Shown piece after piece: positions 29,635 through 43,451 of a stretch of DNA of 64,000 nt. Position 1 is the first letter of the stretch, and each line of letters opens with the position of its first letter. The position numbers and the translations under genes are program-made. The notes below the pieces were generated by a model. It was not told the DNA's origin, did no database searches, and saw nothing but the letters and a program-made list of their open reading frames with translations. The DNA comes from Eledone cirrhosa (taxonomy: Eukaryota): assembly GCA_964016885.1 (NCBI GenBank), contig OZ024743.1, positions 25,296,001 through 25,360,000 of the forward strand, given 5' to 3'.

Positions 29635-29829
29635 AAACACAAACACACACAACCACTCTTACCATCTCTTTGCCATTGAGACATGAAATCATTATCATCA
29701 ACACCACCAACACCACTCTCTCTCACACACAGACAAACGTTACCGTTCCGTTTCCTGCTTGACAGACATTTTACACCACAGAGAAACCAACTTTAATATA
29801 ATATATGGCGAACAAATTCACACATGTAA

Positions 29830-29869
29830 TGCATACATACATACATACATACATACATACATACATACA

Positions 29870-29901
<32 letters not shown>

Positions 29902-30420
29902 CATGATGGTGATGATGGCTGCAACTCGATTTTCGGTAATGCCATCGCTTGATACTTAAGCTTGAGCATCACAGTTGTGGCTTTTTAGTCCTGATAGGGA
30001 CTTTCCTGTGACTAGCAATACCATGTATTGCAAAAAATGTCACATATCAAGCGATGCCTGTGCTTGAAAATTTAAGAGTAGAAAGGCTTTGCACGGGGTC
30101 AATCCCACTCTCTGAACATCCAATGAATTTACCCCCAAAAGAAGAACTGGTCTACATTTGATGCAAACGAAGTTGCAGGTTTTACATCAGAGTTACCTTC
30201 TCCTAGAGGGATGTCTTAATGAAGACTAAGAGATCTCTCGCTCAAAATAAAAATAAAAAATACTTTATTGGATAGCCGTTGACTCTCTTGAGTTCCTCCA
30301 CCTTTTGGCGGTTTTTTTTTGGGGGGGGGGGGGGGGGTACCGGTTTAGACGTCGACAACCTGAACATGCACATATTGTATTGGGTTACATGTTTCTAGTA
30401 GCGTTGAAGAGCGACCTGAT
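29830..30420 (-). mobile_element. Older diverged member of the RTE-derived family
   Basis: Reverse complement has CTAGGAGAAGGTAACTCTG, GGACTAAAAAGCCACA and CGAAAATCGAGTTGCAGCCA followed by (TGTA)n. Confidence 0.6.
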
Positions 30421-30685
30421 ATACATACACATGATGATAAATATGACAACGTTCCTTCTCCGTTATTTTTGTTTAGCATAAAGTCAACCCCGATCGTGCA
30501 GACAATGTGTCCTTTCTTGGTGGTAGGTTACAAGTTTAGAGAATCTTAGCTGCTATTTCTAGCTGGTCCGTGTGGGCACATAAACACACACGAATTATTA
30601 AGTCAATAGATTTTTTTTCCCGAAGAGAATTATTTAAGCACTGCGTGCTCGTCCCCACTGCTACCCCTAACAGACTTGGAATCAA

Positions 30686-30746
<61 letters not shown>

Positions 30747-30999
30747 CACACAAATATATATATATATATATATAGGAAAAGAGTCAGGACTCCGACGGCT
30801 TAGCTCCGGCCGTTTCCACAGCTAGATCCGAACAATGTGGTGCTTTATGGTCCACCTGGCTCCTTACCACACTTTCTTTGTATATATATATATTTATATA
30901 AAGGATCGATCGACTTTCGTCGAATCGGACCGAGGAAACAATGTTTCTGTCGGTCTTTCCAATTGCTAATACTATCTATCGGTTGCAACTCCAAGTTGA

Positions 31000-31110
31000 A
31001 GGAGCAACGTGAAATAAAGTGTCTTGCTCAAGGACATAACGCATCGCCCGGTCCAGGAATTGAACTCACAACCTCAAGATTGTGAATCCAATTCTCTAAC
31101 CACTCAGCCA
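31000..31110 (-). mobile_element. tRNA-derived CORE-type SINE 5' part (diverged relative at ~2370-2440)
   Basis: Reverse complement: TGGCTGAGTGGTTAG (A-box) ... GAGTTCAATTCC (B-box) ... CCTTGAGCAAGACACTTTA (CORE-like). Confidence 0.7.
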
Positions 31111-32063
31111 ATAAACACTAAGTGAGGGCTACTCATTGCTATTGCTATTTCATATTGATATTATGGTGTCTTTTTATTTCTGAAGGTAAACTAAAGATTT
31201 GTTTCTGATCTTTAAATTCCTTGATGAAAGGCTTTCGAAATATTTGGACGCAACAACTTTCTGTTATAATTTCTTAATGGTTTCCTCAAACAGAAATATT
31301 TATCATTAGAAACAAACTTGATGTTGCTTTTGTTCGGTCATTTGTCTGAGACACTTGTTTTTACTTGAAGGCAATCTGAAAGTTACTAATGTTTTCATTT
31401 CAGCTAATCATAACCTTAATGAATATTCATGTCATATTCCTGTCATTAGATCAAAAATACGTCTCCCGATAACTTGGATTACTGAGTCGAATAAATATTA
31501 CTTACAATGACAATCAAATACAGAGTTACAAAAATTCTACTGAACATTAATAGCAAAACATATATTTAAGAGAAATATTAAAGATAGTTACTAAAGACTT
31601 TTATAAACGAAGGTAATAAAAACGCTTCAAACAACTCTCCCCTAGATATTATTGCGATAAAACAAAATGCACAATAAAATCCATTGTAAGGACTATACAA
31701 ATTGAGCTATTAAAGTTATCAGTCATATATAATGTATGAAGATATCTAGTTCTATTTACTCACTCAACTTCCCGCATTATTAACAGAATTGTTAATTAGC
31801 AGAAATTAGAATTGTGTACCACCCGCAACATCAACTGTTCAGGAAAACACAGCAGATTAAAACAAAAACTTGACGTATATTTTTAACAAATGGTGTAGGT
31901 GTGTGGTTAATTTGTAATCAAAATTTGCGAAGATGACTTCTATTATCAGATCCGATAGAACACATCATAGTGAGTGAAACATTAGGGAAAGTAACAGAGT
32001 GAGAATCTAGCGAACACATACTCCTGCGTGCTCATAGTCAGATGGCTAAACCAGTACAAGAAT

Positions 32064-32114
<51 letters not shown>

Positions 32115-32122
<8 letters not shown>

Positions 32123-32437
32123 TAACAGATTAAAGTTTAAGCAAAGAATCGCTGCTTTCACCCTTAACGGGATCTTCTGAAACTAACAAAGTCAATCTGT
32201 AAACGCAGAACTGGATATTTCAAAAAACGTTGCAACCGGAGGAAGACAGGAAGACGATACTTTGGTTCGTGGAAACGTTCGCTGGCAGAAGATCCCGTTA
32301 AGGGTGAAAGCAGCGATTCTTTGCTTAAACTTTAATCTGTTATTTTAATAAATATTTGCTCTACGGTTCTTATATATTTGATATATATTTTCTTTATCGA
32401 GCCCTCTTTGGATTTTAGTCTTCAATTTTATTATTAT

Positions 32438-32440
<3 letters not shown>
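32115..32440. mobile_element. Inverted pLTR fragments (65-bp perfect arms) with a variant hammerhead core, between TA tracts
   Basis: 32115-32179 is the reverse complement of 32286-32350. Core reads CAGAAGA T CCC GTTAA GGG T GAAA. The tail 32358-32440 recurs almost identically at 27944-28030, also within TA. Confidence 0.65.
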
Positions 32441-32515
<75 letters not shown>

Positions 32516-34654
32516 CACAATGGATATTTGACTTAGTCAAGTAGAATTTGAGGTGGAAAATTTCTTCTGAAACTTCAGATATCCCAGAGTGGTCGGCTAA
32601 CCCAAATGCACGCACACGCTTGCCTATTATTGAACTATATAAATATTATAAATATACATATTGGGTGGGTTGGCGGGTATATGTGTGAATGTTATTCCTG
32701 AGGCTATGTGCACGGATTTTAGTATGTATAGTGTGGGTGATTGTATGTTAGGTTGTGTCAGCAAGGGTGTTCAGATTCGAGGAATTTGTGTGGCACCTTG
32801 AATCCATGTGGAGTGGTGAGAGTTTGGAGATAAAGAATGAGTGACTGTTCCCTCTGGAGACGTAAGTTTGGAGACTTGATGACTTAAAGATGCAAATCTT
32901 TTCTCACACCGATGACTTGCTTGGTTGTAGATGACATCAATGATTTAAGTGCAACGTAATAATAATCAAATCAAAATATTTAAATTCAAATTCAATAAAA
33001 TCAGATTTGGGCAATGAATATTAAAAAAATTGAAACAAATTGAGCAAGGGACTTATATTCTAACCTGATATTTTATTCGAATAAAATATAGTACAGTGTA
33101 TCTATATTTTCGAGAAGGTATAACATGTGATAGAACTCAATGATAATATTTTAATAAAATACAATAAACAAAATGTGAATTAGTATTAAGAATACTTTTA
33201 TGTTGCTTTAATATTATGTTATGAATCGGATGTTTGGTCTGTGTTTGGTCTACCGTTACAAAATTTCAAATTAGATGAATACGTTATATGTAGTAAAGAA
33301 GCAGTATATCAAGAAACGTTGCGTTTGATAGCTGATTTGATTTGATGAATTAATTTATATATCACATAGTTTCGAAACGGCTAAGTTAAGTTTATGCGAA
33401 TGTTCTTGATGTGATGATTATGCAATGATAATGCGCTACATTTAAATTTAAGATCTAGAGATGTGTTTCTTTTTTAATATGAAGTTTGAATATAGGCGCA
33501 TAGGCATCGAAAGTTAAAAATTGAATAATAGCTTCAAATTCTGACCTAGCGTTTCAATCGAATGGATTATGCCAGGATATATATATATATATATATATAT
33601 ATGGTTGGGGTTTCTAAATATGCATGTATGTACATATATATCGAGAAAGTGTATATGTATATATTTTTTTTAATTTGAATTTTAAAATGGAATTCAATGT
33701 TTAATGCTTTAAATAAAACAACATACAATAAACAAGAAAACATTTACAGTTTTGGTACTAATGAAAACATTTTATTACAGCCTCTGATGTTGCATGATAC
33801 GCCTAAAACTGAAGGCGAAAAATTAGTCAAAATAAGAACTTCGCGGCGAGCTTCATCGGGTTCTGGAGTGTTTAGAGCCTGGGCAACGATTAGTCAGTGG
33901 GAAAAATTCAAAGATACCCTCGATGCTGTCGTGGACTGTTAGTTCATTCTCTATATCTCTAGCTAGAATATGAAGAAGACTTTTGTGCTTTTTTCTGTCT
34001 ACGCTAAATTTAACAAGACTACTACGGATAATATTTTTAGCTCTATCAAGTGTATGTTAGTATTTTTGTGTTACTTTTCGTCTTACCTAGTTGTTTCTTT
34101 AATTCTTATTTATTTATAAGTATATCGAGCAATATCTATGGCAAACTTATCAAGGTGGCAGAGTTATCAAGACGTCAGAAATATTTCGCATTGTCCATTG
34201 AATTTAAATCAGAGGACAACTTTGCTGTTCATGATTTCGTACTCGATAGATAAAGTCCTAGTTAAGTACTGTTAATTGATTATTTCTCTCACCATCTCTG
34301 CCCTCGCCCCCCTCTCTCTCTCTTTCTCCCCCTCTCTCGCGCTTTCTCCCTGGAAGAAATAAAATCTGATTTGACATGGAGATGATGAGCTTCACCGTGC
34401 CGATGACCTGCTGTATATCACGACGATGCTTCTGTGACTCCATTCACGAGACAATACATCCATATGGGTTTGCTTCCAAGTTTATACTCCATGTGTGTGT
34501 ATATGTGTATATAAAATATACGCATATCTATATAAGTGTCTGTGTTTATGTCAAGTAACCTAGCAATTTGACAAAAGAAAAAAAAGATCGTTAAGTACCA
34601 GAGTAAAGAAGGATACAGAGTGAGAGAGAAGGAAGTGAGAAATATATATAAAGG

Positions 34655-34780
34655 ACCAGTCGACCCCTGTATTTTATTGGTACCTTTTTATCGATCAGCA
34701 AAGGATGAAAGGCAAAGTTGACATCGGTGGGACTTGAACTCCGAGAGCAGAGATCCGAAACGAATGCCCCAAAACATACT

Positions 34781-34785
<5 letters not shown>
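34655..34785 (-). mobile_element. SINE fragment, same superfamily
   Basis: GGTACCTTTTTATCGATC...GGATGAAAGGCAAAGTTGAC...TTGAACTC is the reverse complement of the SINE body. Confidence 0.7.
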
Positions 34786-34828
<43 letters not shown>

Positions 34829-34869
34829 TTGTGTGTGTGTGTGTTTGTGTTTGTTTGTGTGAATGTGTG

Positions 34870-35005
34870 TAGATCCCAAGTGATATCGGGGGTAACCAAA
34901 ATAAATAAGGTACTCAATACATTGGTAGAGTGAAAACAAAGAAACTTAATATAGAAATGGCTTCCACGGGAGTAGAACTGTTTTATTCGTATGAAATCAT
35001 TAAGA
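34870..35005 (-). mobile_element. Degenerate pLTR fragment of the 6491 family
   Basis: Reverse complement reads TTAATGA TTTC ATAC GAAT AAAAC AGTTC TACTCCCGTGGAAGC...GTATTGAGTACC, colinear with 6556-6660. Confidence 0.55.
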
Positions 35006-35124
35006 ATGCCGGGTGACATAGTAAATCATTGGTATTCATAATTTCATAGAGGTTGGGGTGATAGTGGTGGTGGAGGTGGTGGGGGTTTCTATTTTTAGGG
35101 GCAGATATCAAGTGGTGGATTAGA

Positions 35125-35570
35125 AGAGACATATGTAGTGGCTAAACATTACACTGTAGAAAGGGTCATTCTGGGTATAAAATATAAAAAGTTACGGTGA
35201 TGTATAGGACATACGCACACATAAGATGAAAGAATACTGGTGGAATGTTCCAGTCGAAACCCCAATCAAATGTAAACACAACAGGTTAGACATAATACTT
35301 ATATAGGACAGAAAAAAAGAAGTCATGAATGTAGTGGAAATCAGTTGCCAAGTAGATGTTTATATAATGTTAAAGATTAGCGAACTAGGGAATATCCATG
35401 CCGAACTCCTGAGGGATCTGCAGATACGCTACTCTAACTAAACCATTATATTTGGTCTTGTGATCATTGGGACACTTGGATATGTTACTGCTTCAGCAAA
35501 AATTCTGGGAAGTTCGGCATAACAAAACTAGAAAGAGATCGGCTAACTAGAATATTCCAAATTTAGTTAT
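35125..35570 (+). pseudogene. Restriction-like endonuclease fragment of an R4/Dong-type non-LTR element
   Basis: EYWWNVPVETPIKCKHNRLDI ... VVEISCQVDV ... ELLRDLQ ... VIIGTLGYVT (HNRPD / E-I-S-C-P / IIGALG motifs) with stops and frameshifts. Confidence 0.75.
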
Positions 35571-35581
35571 ATTATTTAACT

Positions 35582-35724
35582 GAGGGCGGTGGATTGGCAG
35601 TATCGGTAGAGGATCGGACGACATGCTTTACAGCATAGAGTTATGGCCCTTTGTGATATGAGTTCAAATCGCGCCGAGGTTAACTTTGCCTTTCATCCTT
35701 ACGGAGTCGATAAAATAAAGTACC
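35582..35724 (+). mobile_element. tRNA-derived SINE, 3'-truncated
   Basis: GGATTGGCAGTATCGGTAGAGG...GAGTTCAAATCGCGCCGAGGTTAACTTTGCCTTTCATCCTTACGGAGTCGATAAAATAAAGTACC. Confidence 0.85.
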
Positions 35725-36143
35725 ATATTATAGCTGTATAAACACACGTACAGATATAGAAAAATATGTATATGTGTACATATTACTCAAAACAATGAAA
35801 TCCAGAGATGCAATTACTTAATTGATATTGTCTAAACTCCAGTGTAAGAGTCTTGTTTCTGTGTTCGATGTCGACTGTTTCTTTATAGGAGAGAAATTAA
35901 TAAAGAAAAAGAAAACTAGAACATACATGCGTACATACATACGTACATACATACAAAATATACATGTATACATACATACACACATACATACGTACATACA
36001 TACAAAATATATATGTATACATACATGCATGCATACATACGTGTACATACATATATACATACATACATACATACACACATATATACATATACATACATAT
36101 ACATACATATACATACGTACTTTAATACAAAATATACATGTAT

Positions 36144-36559
36144 ACATGGTGGCTGCCAACTCGTTTTCGAGTACGGCCACTACTTTATATCCATGTAGCA
36201 GAACTCCTACCGAAGCGCTGAACGAGTGTGACTTTTTAGTCCAGCCAGCGACTTGAAAACTCTGGTACAAACACTACACTTGTGACAATTATTGACACAT
36301 AGTGCTGGGCCCATGGTACCATGTGACGACAAGTGCAGAGAGATCTCCAGATATAAAGTAATGCCTGTGCCGTGAAGCTTTTATAGTGAGCAAAGGCACT
36401 GCACAAAGCCAGACCCACTCTCTTAACCAAGATGAGATTTACCAAAAAGAAGAACAAGTCAACATCATTGTATACCATCAGGGTTGCAGGTGTTATATCA
36501 GAGTTTTCCTTCTCCTAGAATTCTGTCTTGACAAAGGCTACGGGGTCATCTCTCCCGGT
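36144..36559 (-). mobile_element. Same RTE-derived non-autonomous element, 5'-truncated, embedded in (TACA)n
   Basis: Reverse complement of ~11390-11803; the ORF-track translations 36236..36478 and 11470..11712 are nearly identical. Confidence 0.8.
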
Positions 36560-37095
36560 ATACATACATACATACATACGAACATACATACATACATACA
36601 TGTACATAAATACATACATAATTATACATGTATGCGTACATATATTCGCAATGAGTAAATGCTACTTATACAAAACCCACACACAATTCCCATAATTCGG
36701 CATCTCCTCCAGGAATTGATATGTATGCACATTCAAATTTTAGAAGAAGAAGCTGCCGTCTGACTACTTTTATCGATTCTGTGTTTACATTTGCTTGAAA
36801 GCTAATGTTCTGCTTCTGTTACCGTATTAGTTATATAAACTAATTCTCAATTAATTGTCTCATTTGAAATTTCTGCTATACTACGAGATTTGATACGGCT
36901 CCAAATAGTTTGTTAGCTTGTGTATTGCGAAGATTACGGTAGAAAGAGGAATAATGCATTGAAAATTGTTTTGCTGGAAATCTCTTTGTTACAAATCTTT
37001 GTAAAATGCATTAAAACTCATAGCAATGAAGATAAGAAAGTGAGTTCGATTTTAGAAAATTGAATCACTTCCAATGATTAAAAATCTCTGATTAG

Positions 37096-37440
37096 TTTGA
37101 ACAAAATAATAATTGTTTCTACTTTAGGCACAAGGCCAGCAATTACGCAGTGCATTACTGGTACTTTATTTTATCGACCCCGTAAGGATGAAAAGCAAAG
37201 TAAACCTCGGCGAGATTTGAACTCAGACCGTTTGAACAAAATAATAATTGTTTCTACTTTAGGCACAAGGCCAGCAATTATACAGTACATTACTGGTACT
37301 TTATTTTATCGACCCCGTAAGGATGAAAGGCAAAGTTGACCTCGGCGGGATTTGAACTCAGACTGTAAAGGGACGTAATTATGCTAGAAAGCATGGCGTC
37401 CAACCCTCTACCGATACTGCCTTTTGAACAAAATAATAAT
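37096..37440 (-). mobile_element. Two tandem SINE copies (one 5'-truncated) with an 18-bp target sequence present three times
   Basis: TTTGAACAAAATAATAAT at 37096, 37231 and 37423 brackets the reverse-complement SINE bodies. Confidence 0.85.
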
Positions 37441-37939
37441 GAAAGATAAAATATACCTTATATAATTAGTTTGCCCATTTAGTAAATATAAATGAGAGTT
37501 TAGAGTATGACTTATTGGGGAAATCCACGAAATAGCTGAATCAGTAGAGCATCGTATAGACTGCCTTGTGGTAATTGTTCCGGACTTTGCGCTTCTAGTA
37601 TAACATTTACCTACATTAACTTTGCCTTCATTCTTCCCAAGACTATTTATTCTTTTTTCATCTCCTTCTCTCCCACTCTCTCTCTCTCTCCACCACACCC
37701 CCTCCCTCTCTCTGTCACATTCCTAGTCCTTTCTCGGAATCAACGCTGGTGCAGCGTGATAACGGTCGTGAGGACAACGCCCAGAAGTCGTTCTCTAAAA
37801 TATAGAGGGTTGAATGAGAGGCAATCAATCTCTTCTTATGGAAAAACTACAGAAACCACCTAACGGGAATATAGAAAAGTGTTAGTGTTTGTGACACGAA
37901 TTTGTTAAACACTAGCAAGCAATCCGCTTTAACATGACA

Positions 37940-38405
37940 CAGGCCTGCCCACAGCTAAAAACTTAAACGGGGAGTACGATGAAAAAAAAGTGATCCAAAA
38001 CGGTGAGAAATGATGCAAAATGGGGAAATTCTACTTAATGAAAGCTATACTCCTTTTCAATGGCCTTGTTTCAAGTGGGCACCAGGGGACAAGTCCCCCC
38101 ACTTTTTCAAACGTCTATGTTGTATTTTTTGTTTATTTGATATAATAAATTCTTTTTAAGCTTATTTTTTTTATCCGAACATTTGAATATATAAAATTTA
38201 ATTAGCGTAAAATTGTTACTTATGTGATAGGGTCTCGGAAAGGCACCATAAGCAATACTTTAAGAATCAACAAATGTTGCTTTGTCCCCCTCACATTTTA
38301 AAGGTAAACAATGCCCCTGCTCATTTTCACAAGATAAGACATCTCCCACCCACCCCAAAGCGGGTGGGAGATGTCCCAGTCGGACGAGGAGAGTTGACAA
38401 GTCTG
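37940..38405. mobile_element. hAT-like MITE (~200 bp) interrupted by a second MITE
   Basis: Ends CAGGCCTGCCCAC / GTTGACAAGTCTG. The body is the reverse complement of the uninterrupted copy at 40601-40796. Confidence 0.7.
38058..38319. mobile_element. Nested 262-bp hAT-type MITE with an 8-bp TSD
   Basis: Imperfect TIRs CAATGGCCTTGTTT / AAACAATGCCCCTG. TSD CTCCTTTT (38050-38057) / CTCATTTT (38320-38327). The empty paralogue has a single CCCATTTT. Confidence 0.75.
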
Positions 38406-38839
38406 ATGACCACCGACTGGTCATTGTTTGCTTTTAGCTGAGTTACCTTTGCTTCTATCCTTTATAAAAGATTACAAACGCCTTCTCCTCCTACATTTTT
38501 ACCAGTCTGTAAATAGATATTCAAGAGGTTTAGCAGCAACATTCTCCCCTGTTAACGAGGGTCTGCATGAACTTCTGCACTGATAATTTTCTCAGAACTA
38601 ACATTCTAAAAAATGTTAGGTCTCATGTTTAGTTTGAAGCATTGTATTTAGTGGTTAACGTTCCAATAATACCGCAAGGTCGATTGGATAGCCTTCCCTC
38701 TTTCGAATTCGATTATCAGAAGAGTTATCTGGTGTAACCCTATATGATCAACTTCTGATTTTACACACATATCCACTAACTTTGTACTTTAAAAAATATG
38801 TTTTGCTTTAATTAACCGAAGCCTATCAAATAAGCACCT

Positions 38840-38849
38840 ATATATACAT

Positions 38850-38890
<41 letters not shown>

Positions 38891-38940
38891 TATATATATA
38901 TATGTATATCTATATATATATCTATATCTATATATATATA

Positions 38941-38994
<54 letters not shown>

Positions 38995-39008
38995 TATATG
39001 TATGTATA

Positions 39009-39081
<73 letters not shown>

Positions 39082-39092
39082 ATGTATATCTA

Positions 39093-39133
<41 letters not shown>

Positions 39134-39174
39134 ATCTATCTATATATATATATATATATGTATGTATATCTATC

Positions 39175-39206
<32 letters not shown>

Positions 39207-39348
39207 TGCATACACACAGGTACGCATATACATATATAATGTGTGTGTATGTGTGAATATTCGTGTTTTTGACTACTTTATAAATATATTTTCTACATAT
39301 ATTTATCAAGGACTGTGTCGCTTAAATGTTTGTGTATCCATTCTTTGC

Positions 39349-39395
<47 letters not shown>

Positions 39396-39502
39396 TGTTT
39401 ATATGCGTGTATGTGAATGTGTCTGTGTGTCTGTGTATATGCGCGTGTATGTATGTTTGCATGTATGTGGGTGTGTGTATGTATGTGTATGTGTGTGTGT
39501 GT
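38840..39502. repeat. (TA)n/(TG)n compound microsatellite
   Basis: Direct inspection. Confidence 0.95.
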
Positions 39503-40600
39503 AAATGTTGTAGCCCTTTGGTTAAGTGGTTGGTATAGTTCTAGAAGAAACACATTCTATGCCTGAGGGGACATTACCATCATTTAGAATTAGTGCAACG
39601 GTGAACTGCAACGACTGCATCCTTCCATTGGGTGGAATCTGTTTTGATTGCTTCGAGGTGTGCTTTCATCGTACACATCGTTGGCGAAACTCTGCACCAA
39701 TGAATCAGAAATTTGTATTTGATGTTGCAGTTCGTCTTAATGGCAGTTAAAATATCACAGTTAAAACCTTCAGCAATCAATGAACAGTCAACACAATCTC
39801 GAAAATCTCAGCGTTTTAAGAATTATACTCAACTGACCTGAAACCCGTAGCAGTAATGAATATCCGCCGCCATCACCGACATCACCGCCATCACCGCCGC
39901 CGATCCTGGCAACGATGACGTCGATGACGCTTAACTTCGATAATTTGCATTTATACATGTACACACATCACATATATATACACTAACTCCTACAGGAGCC
40001 AACACATGCATAAACATGTGTGTTCACAAATATATACGTATGCAAAAATATCATGCATAGAAACACATATATAAACACTCAAATGCAAAGATACAAGTGT
40101 TCTTAATGATAAATGAACATACATACAGTCAGACAAAATATGTGTATGCGTATTGGTGTAGGCATATGTGTATATATGTAGTCTCCATGTGTGTTTGTCT
40201 GTGTTTAGGTGTACACCAATTAACAACTGGTACCGTTTATCTCTTGTAGAAATCGATAACATAGTTAGAATATTTTAAAATGATGTTAATAGTACAGTAC
40301 CTCCTACGATGACTGTCTCACAACGACTGATGCACACAGGAAGCTAACCAAAAATCACGCATACGCAGGAAATTATGCGCCTTAGTTCTGCATACGTTTG
40401 TCTCCTTAATGTCATTATTTCCCAAGGCAGAAAAAGAAAGTTGGATACTTGCTATAACTCCTTTATTTGTGTAGTCAAAATAGCAAGAGTGTTGCTATTT
40501 AATATAATAATATATATATACTCATATGCAAACAGAAAGATATAGATATGTTTGCACGTGTGTGACTTCATCTGTGTGTACGAGCTTTTATGTATATATG

Positions 40601-40796
40601 CAGACCTGTTAACTCTCTCCATCTGATGGGGAGATATCCCACCTACTTTGGGGTGGATGAGTGATGTCTTCTCTTCTGAAAATGGGTATAGCTTTCATTA
40701 TGTAAAATCTACCCATTTTGTCTCAAATCCTCCCCGTTTTTGGACACTATTTTTCATGGTACTCCCTGTTTGGGTCTTTAGAGGTTGGCAGGTCTG
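40601..40796. mobile_element. hAT-like MITE, uninterrupted
   Basis: TIRs CAGACCTGTTAAC / GTTGGCAGGTCTG. Confidence 0.75.
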
Positions 40797-40899
40797 ATGT
40801 ATGTATGTATTTATGTGTATTCTGATTTTATCTGTTTTAAATTGTTGATATAACTATAAATTGGTTGCTGATTACGGCGTCGTTGAATTCGGCTTCATC

Positions 40900-41330
40900 G
40901 TAACTAACGTTTATCATCTCGGACTTGGTTGATCTCGAGGAGCTTTAGAGCTGTAATGATTATTCGATGGTTCTCAACTACCGACCCAGCCGAACCAGCC
41001 AGGTTAGCCTCGTCCAGGTACCAGACGTTGAAGGGCAACCGGGCAGAGTGAGTAACATCTTGGACTGCCAGCGCAAAGAGGAGTGGCCAAGTGGGTCTCC
41101 TTGCAGGACACCTGTAGTGGAAGTGATCTTGCGTATATTGGGTGTTCCGTACGAGAGTTGAGCAAGGGGGACTCTTGTGGGGTCTCGTCTAAGACATGTC
41201 TCTAAGACGTCATCCCGCCTAACGCTGTTATCAGCGTTTCACATTTCCACCTTCAATAGGGGGTGTGGTAATAAGGGAGGCATGAGCTCTATGAAGTGTT
41301 TTGCTGCATGAGCTGCCCCCTCACAAATAG
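40900..41330 (-). pseudogene. CRE-clade-like non-LTR reverse transcriptase fragment
   Basis: CEGAAHA ... LLKVEM*NADNSVRRD ... TTGVLQGDPLG ... FNVWYLDEANLAG, matching GCEAAVH / KLDFxNAFNSVxR / GVQQGDPLG / WYLDD. Confidence 0.8.
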
Positions 41331-43451
41331 CCTTGTTTTTTCTTCTTTTCTAGGGCCTAGATTCTCTAAATTTGTGCTGAGCCACTTATTAACAAGGTTA
41401 AATATACAGATCAATAGACAAGAGCGGGATGGAATATCTGCACAATCCTCATTAAATCACCGTAGAAGTACTCCTTTTCATTAATCTTTAACATTATATT
41501 ACGTTGGATAGACAACTGATTTCCACTACTGTGCCTTCTTTTCTCTGGTCTATTATACTTTCATTTTATTGGTGGTTGACGTTCAACCATTTTATATTAT
41601 GTATGAGTATCATCTCCATGTCGCTGTAGAATTTCTATACTTTTATCTTAAGGACCATCCTTTCGGCAGGGTGCATTATATAATGTTTTGTCCACTACAT
41701 CATATCTGACATTTTTGAACCGCCGACTATGATGTGCATTATATCCTCGATATTTATTCCACAGTCTGCATCGGTATTTCGTTGTCAATTTCTATTCCTG
41801 GATTTCAAAAGCACATCCTTCAAATTGAGAGCTAATATACAGGTTGCTGGTCCAAGGTAGGCTACTTTGTTTATCTATATTACTCTCATTTTGAAGCTTC
41901 TGACAGCAAGTCACACATGAATTTCTTTTGATAAACAGAGATTTTTGACTATTGATTGTTTGTGGTAGTACTGCGTAACGTAACTCAATGAATATATATA
42001 TATATAAAGATATGTTTCTTTTATTTGCCACTAGGGCATCAAAAGTGGGACGATAGGTTGATAGAGAGAGAGAGAAAGAGAGGGAGAGATAGAAAATGTG
42101 GTGGTGGGGGGGGGGGGTAAATAACAGACAACATTGTTGGCAGAGAACGCTGACCTCTGGCATGAATAGAACAGTTTGAGAACATCTGGAACATTTGCTT
42201 TCAGTACTTTTTGTCTTCCGTTAATAGTGGTTCTAAAATGTCATGTTAATATTCTCTGACGCATAATTTAGTACCGTATCAAACGACATGGATATCTACC
42301 TTGTTGTCCATATCATAGGTCATTGAGACTATTGCAAAAGCTCTTGGTGTGACAGAGTTACACATGGATTTGTTTTCGTTTGAATTAATTTCACTCTGCT
42401 TATTATTAATAATTACACTGCAACTAATCATGTGAAACATATGACAGCCAGACACTCTAATTGTTCGTAGTTATGAAGATTAGCATTGTGCTTTATCAAC
42501 AGAAAGATACCTCCTTCGGTCATGACCGACGAAGGATTTGCGCCTGAAAAGAATCTATTTGAGGCACACGCCTGGCCAAGGTGTTTTGTACAAAAACAGC
42601 AGTCACACCTGAATGCAATCTTTCCCTCTCCACGCTACCGATGTTGACCAAGGGAAGAGCAAACTCCAATACAGTTTGGCACCAATGTCATTAAAACTAA
42701 TTTTTTCTCACTTGATTTGACTGGAGCAACTTAAAATACCGGTATTATTCCGCATACCTATTACTCATACATTTACTTACTAATGCTATTACTATTTCCA
42801 CTCTCAAAATAAATAGAATTATTTTTATCAATTTTCCTTTATCGATGTAATGTACCAAAATGATCTACGATATTAATTATAAATATTCTCTTAAAATCCG
42901 ATATCAGATATCAATACATACAATTTCTGTAGCGAGGACATTTGCAATTTCATTTTTAATCTGACAACATCAAGTACACATATACAGCTTAACATTTTCA
43001 TTAGTGACTTAGACATTAAATATTTATAAGATCAGAAAAAGAAGGAGAGACGGGAGAGCTGGAGTAGATGTTCCATTATACCTATCTATTTTACATTTAA
43101 ATACTGCTGAGAGAATTCTTAACGTTCATGTGGCCTTTGGTAATGTGTGAGAATCAATAACGTGTTCTCAAACATTCGGAATTTGTTCTCGTTCAAGAGA
43201 AATCATAGTTCAGTGAGATCCTGAGTTGATTGAGTTTGGCGTTACTTTTATTATGTCAATTATCAATTAATATATTATCATAGGGTCACGCGTTTTACTG
43301 GTACTAATTCTATCAATCATGATAGGATAAAAAAGCTAATTCGACCACAAGATTTGAACTTATATTGTAAAGGAAAATAACCAATCGCTGCAAATAGTTA
43401 TATCCGTAACTCTAAGTATTCTAGGTATTTATATCTGCACTCTGGTTCCAT

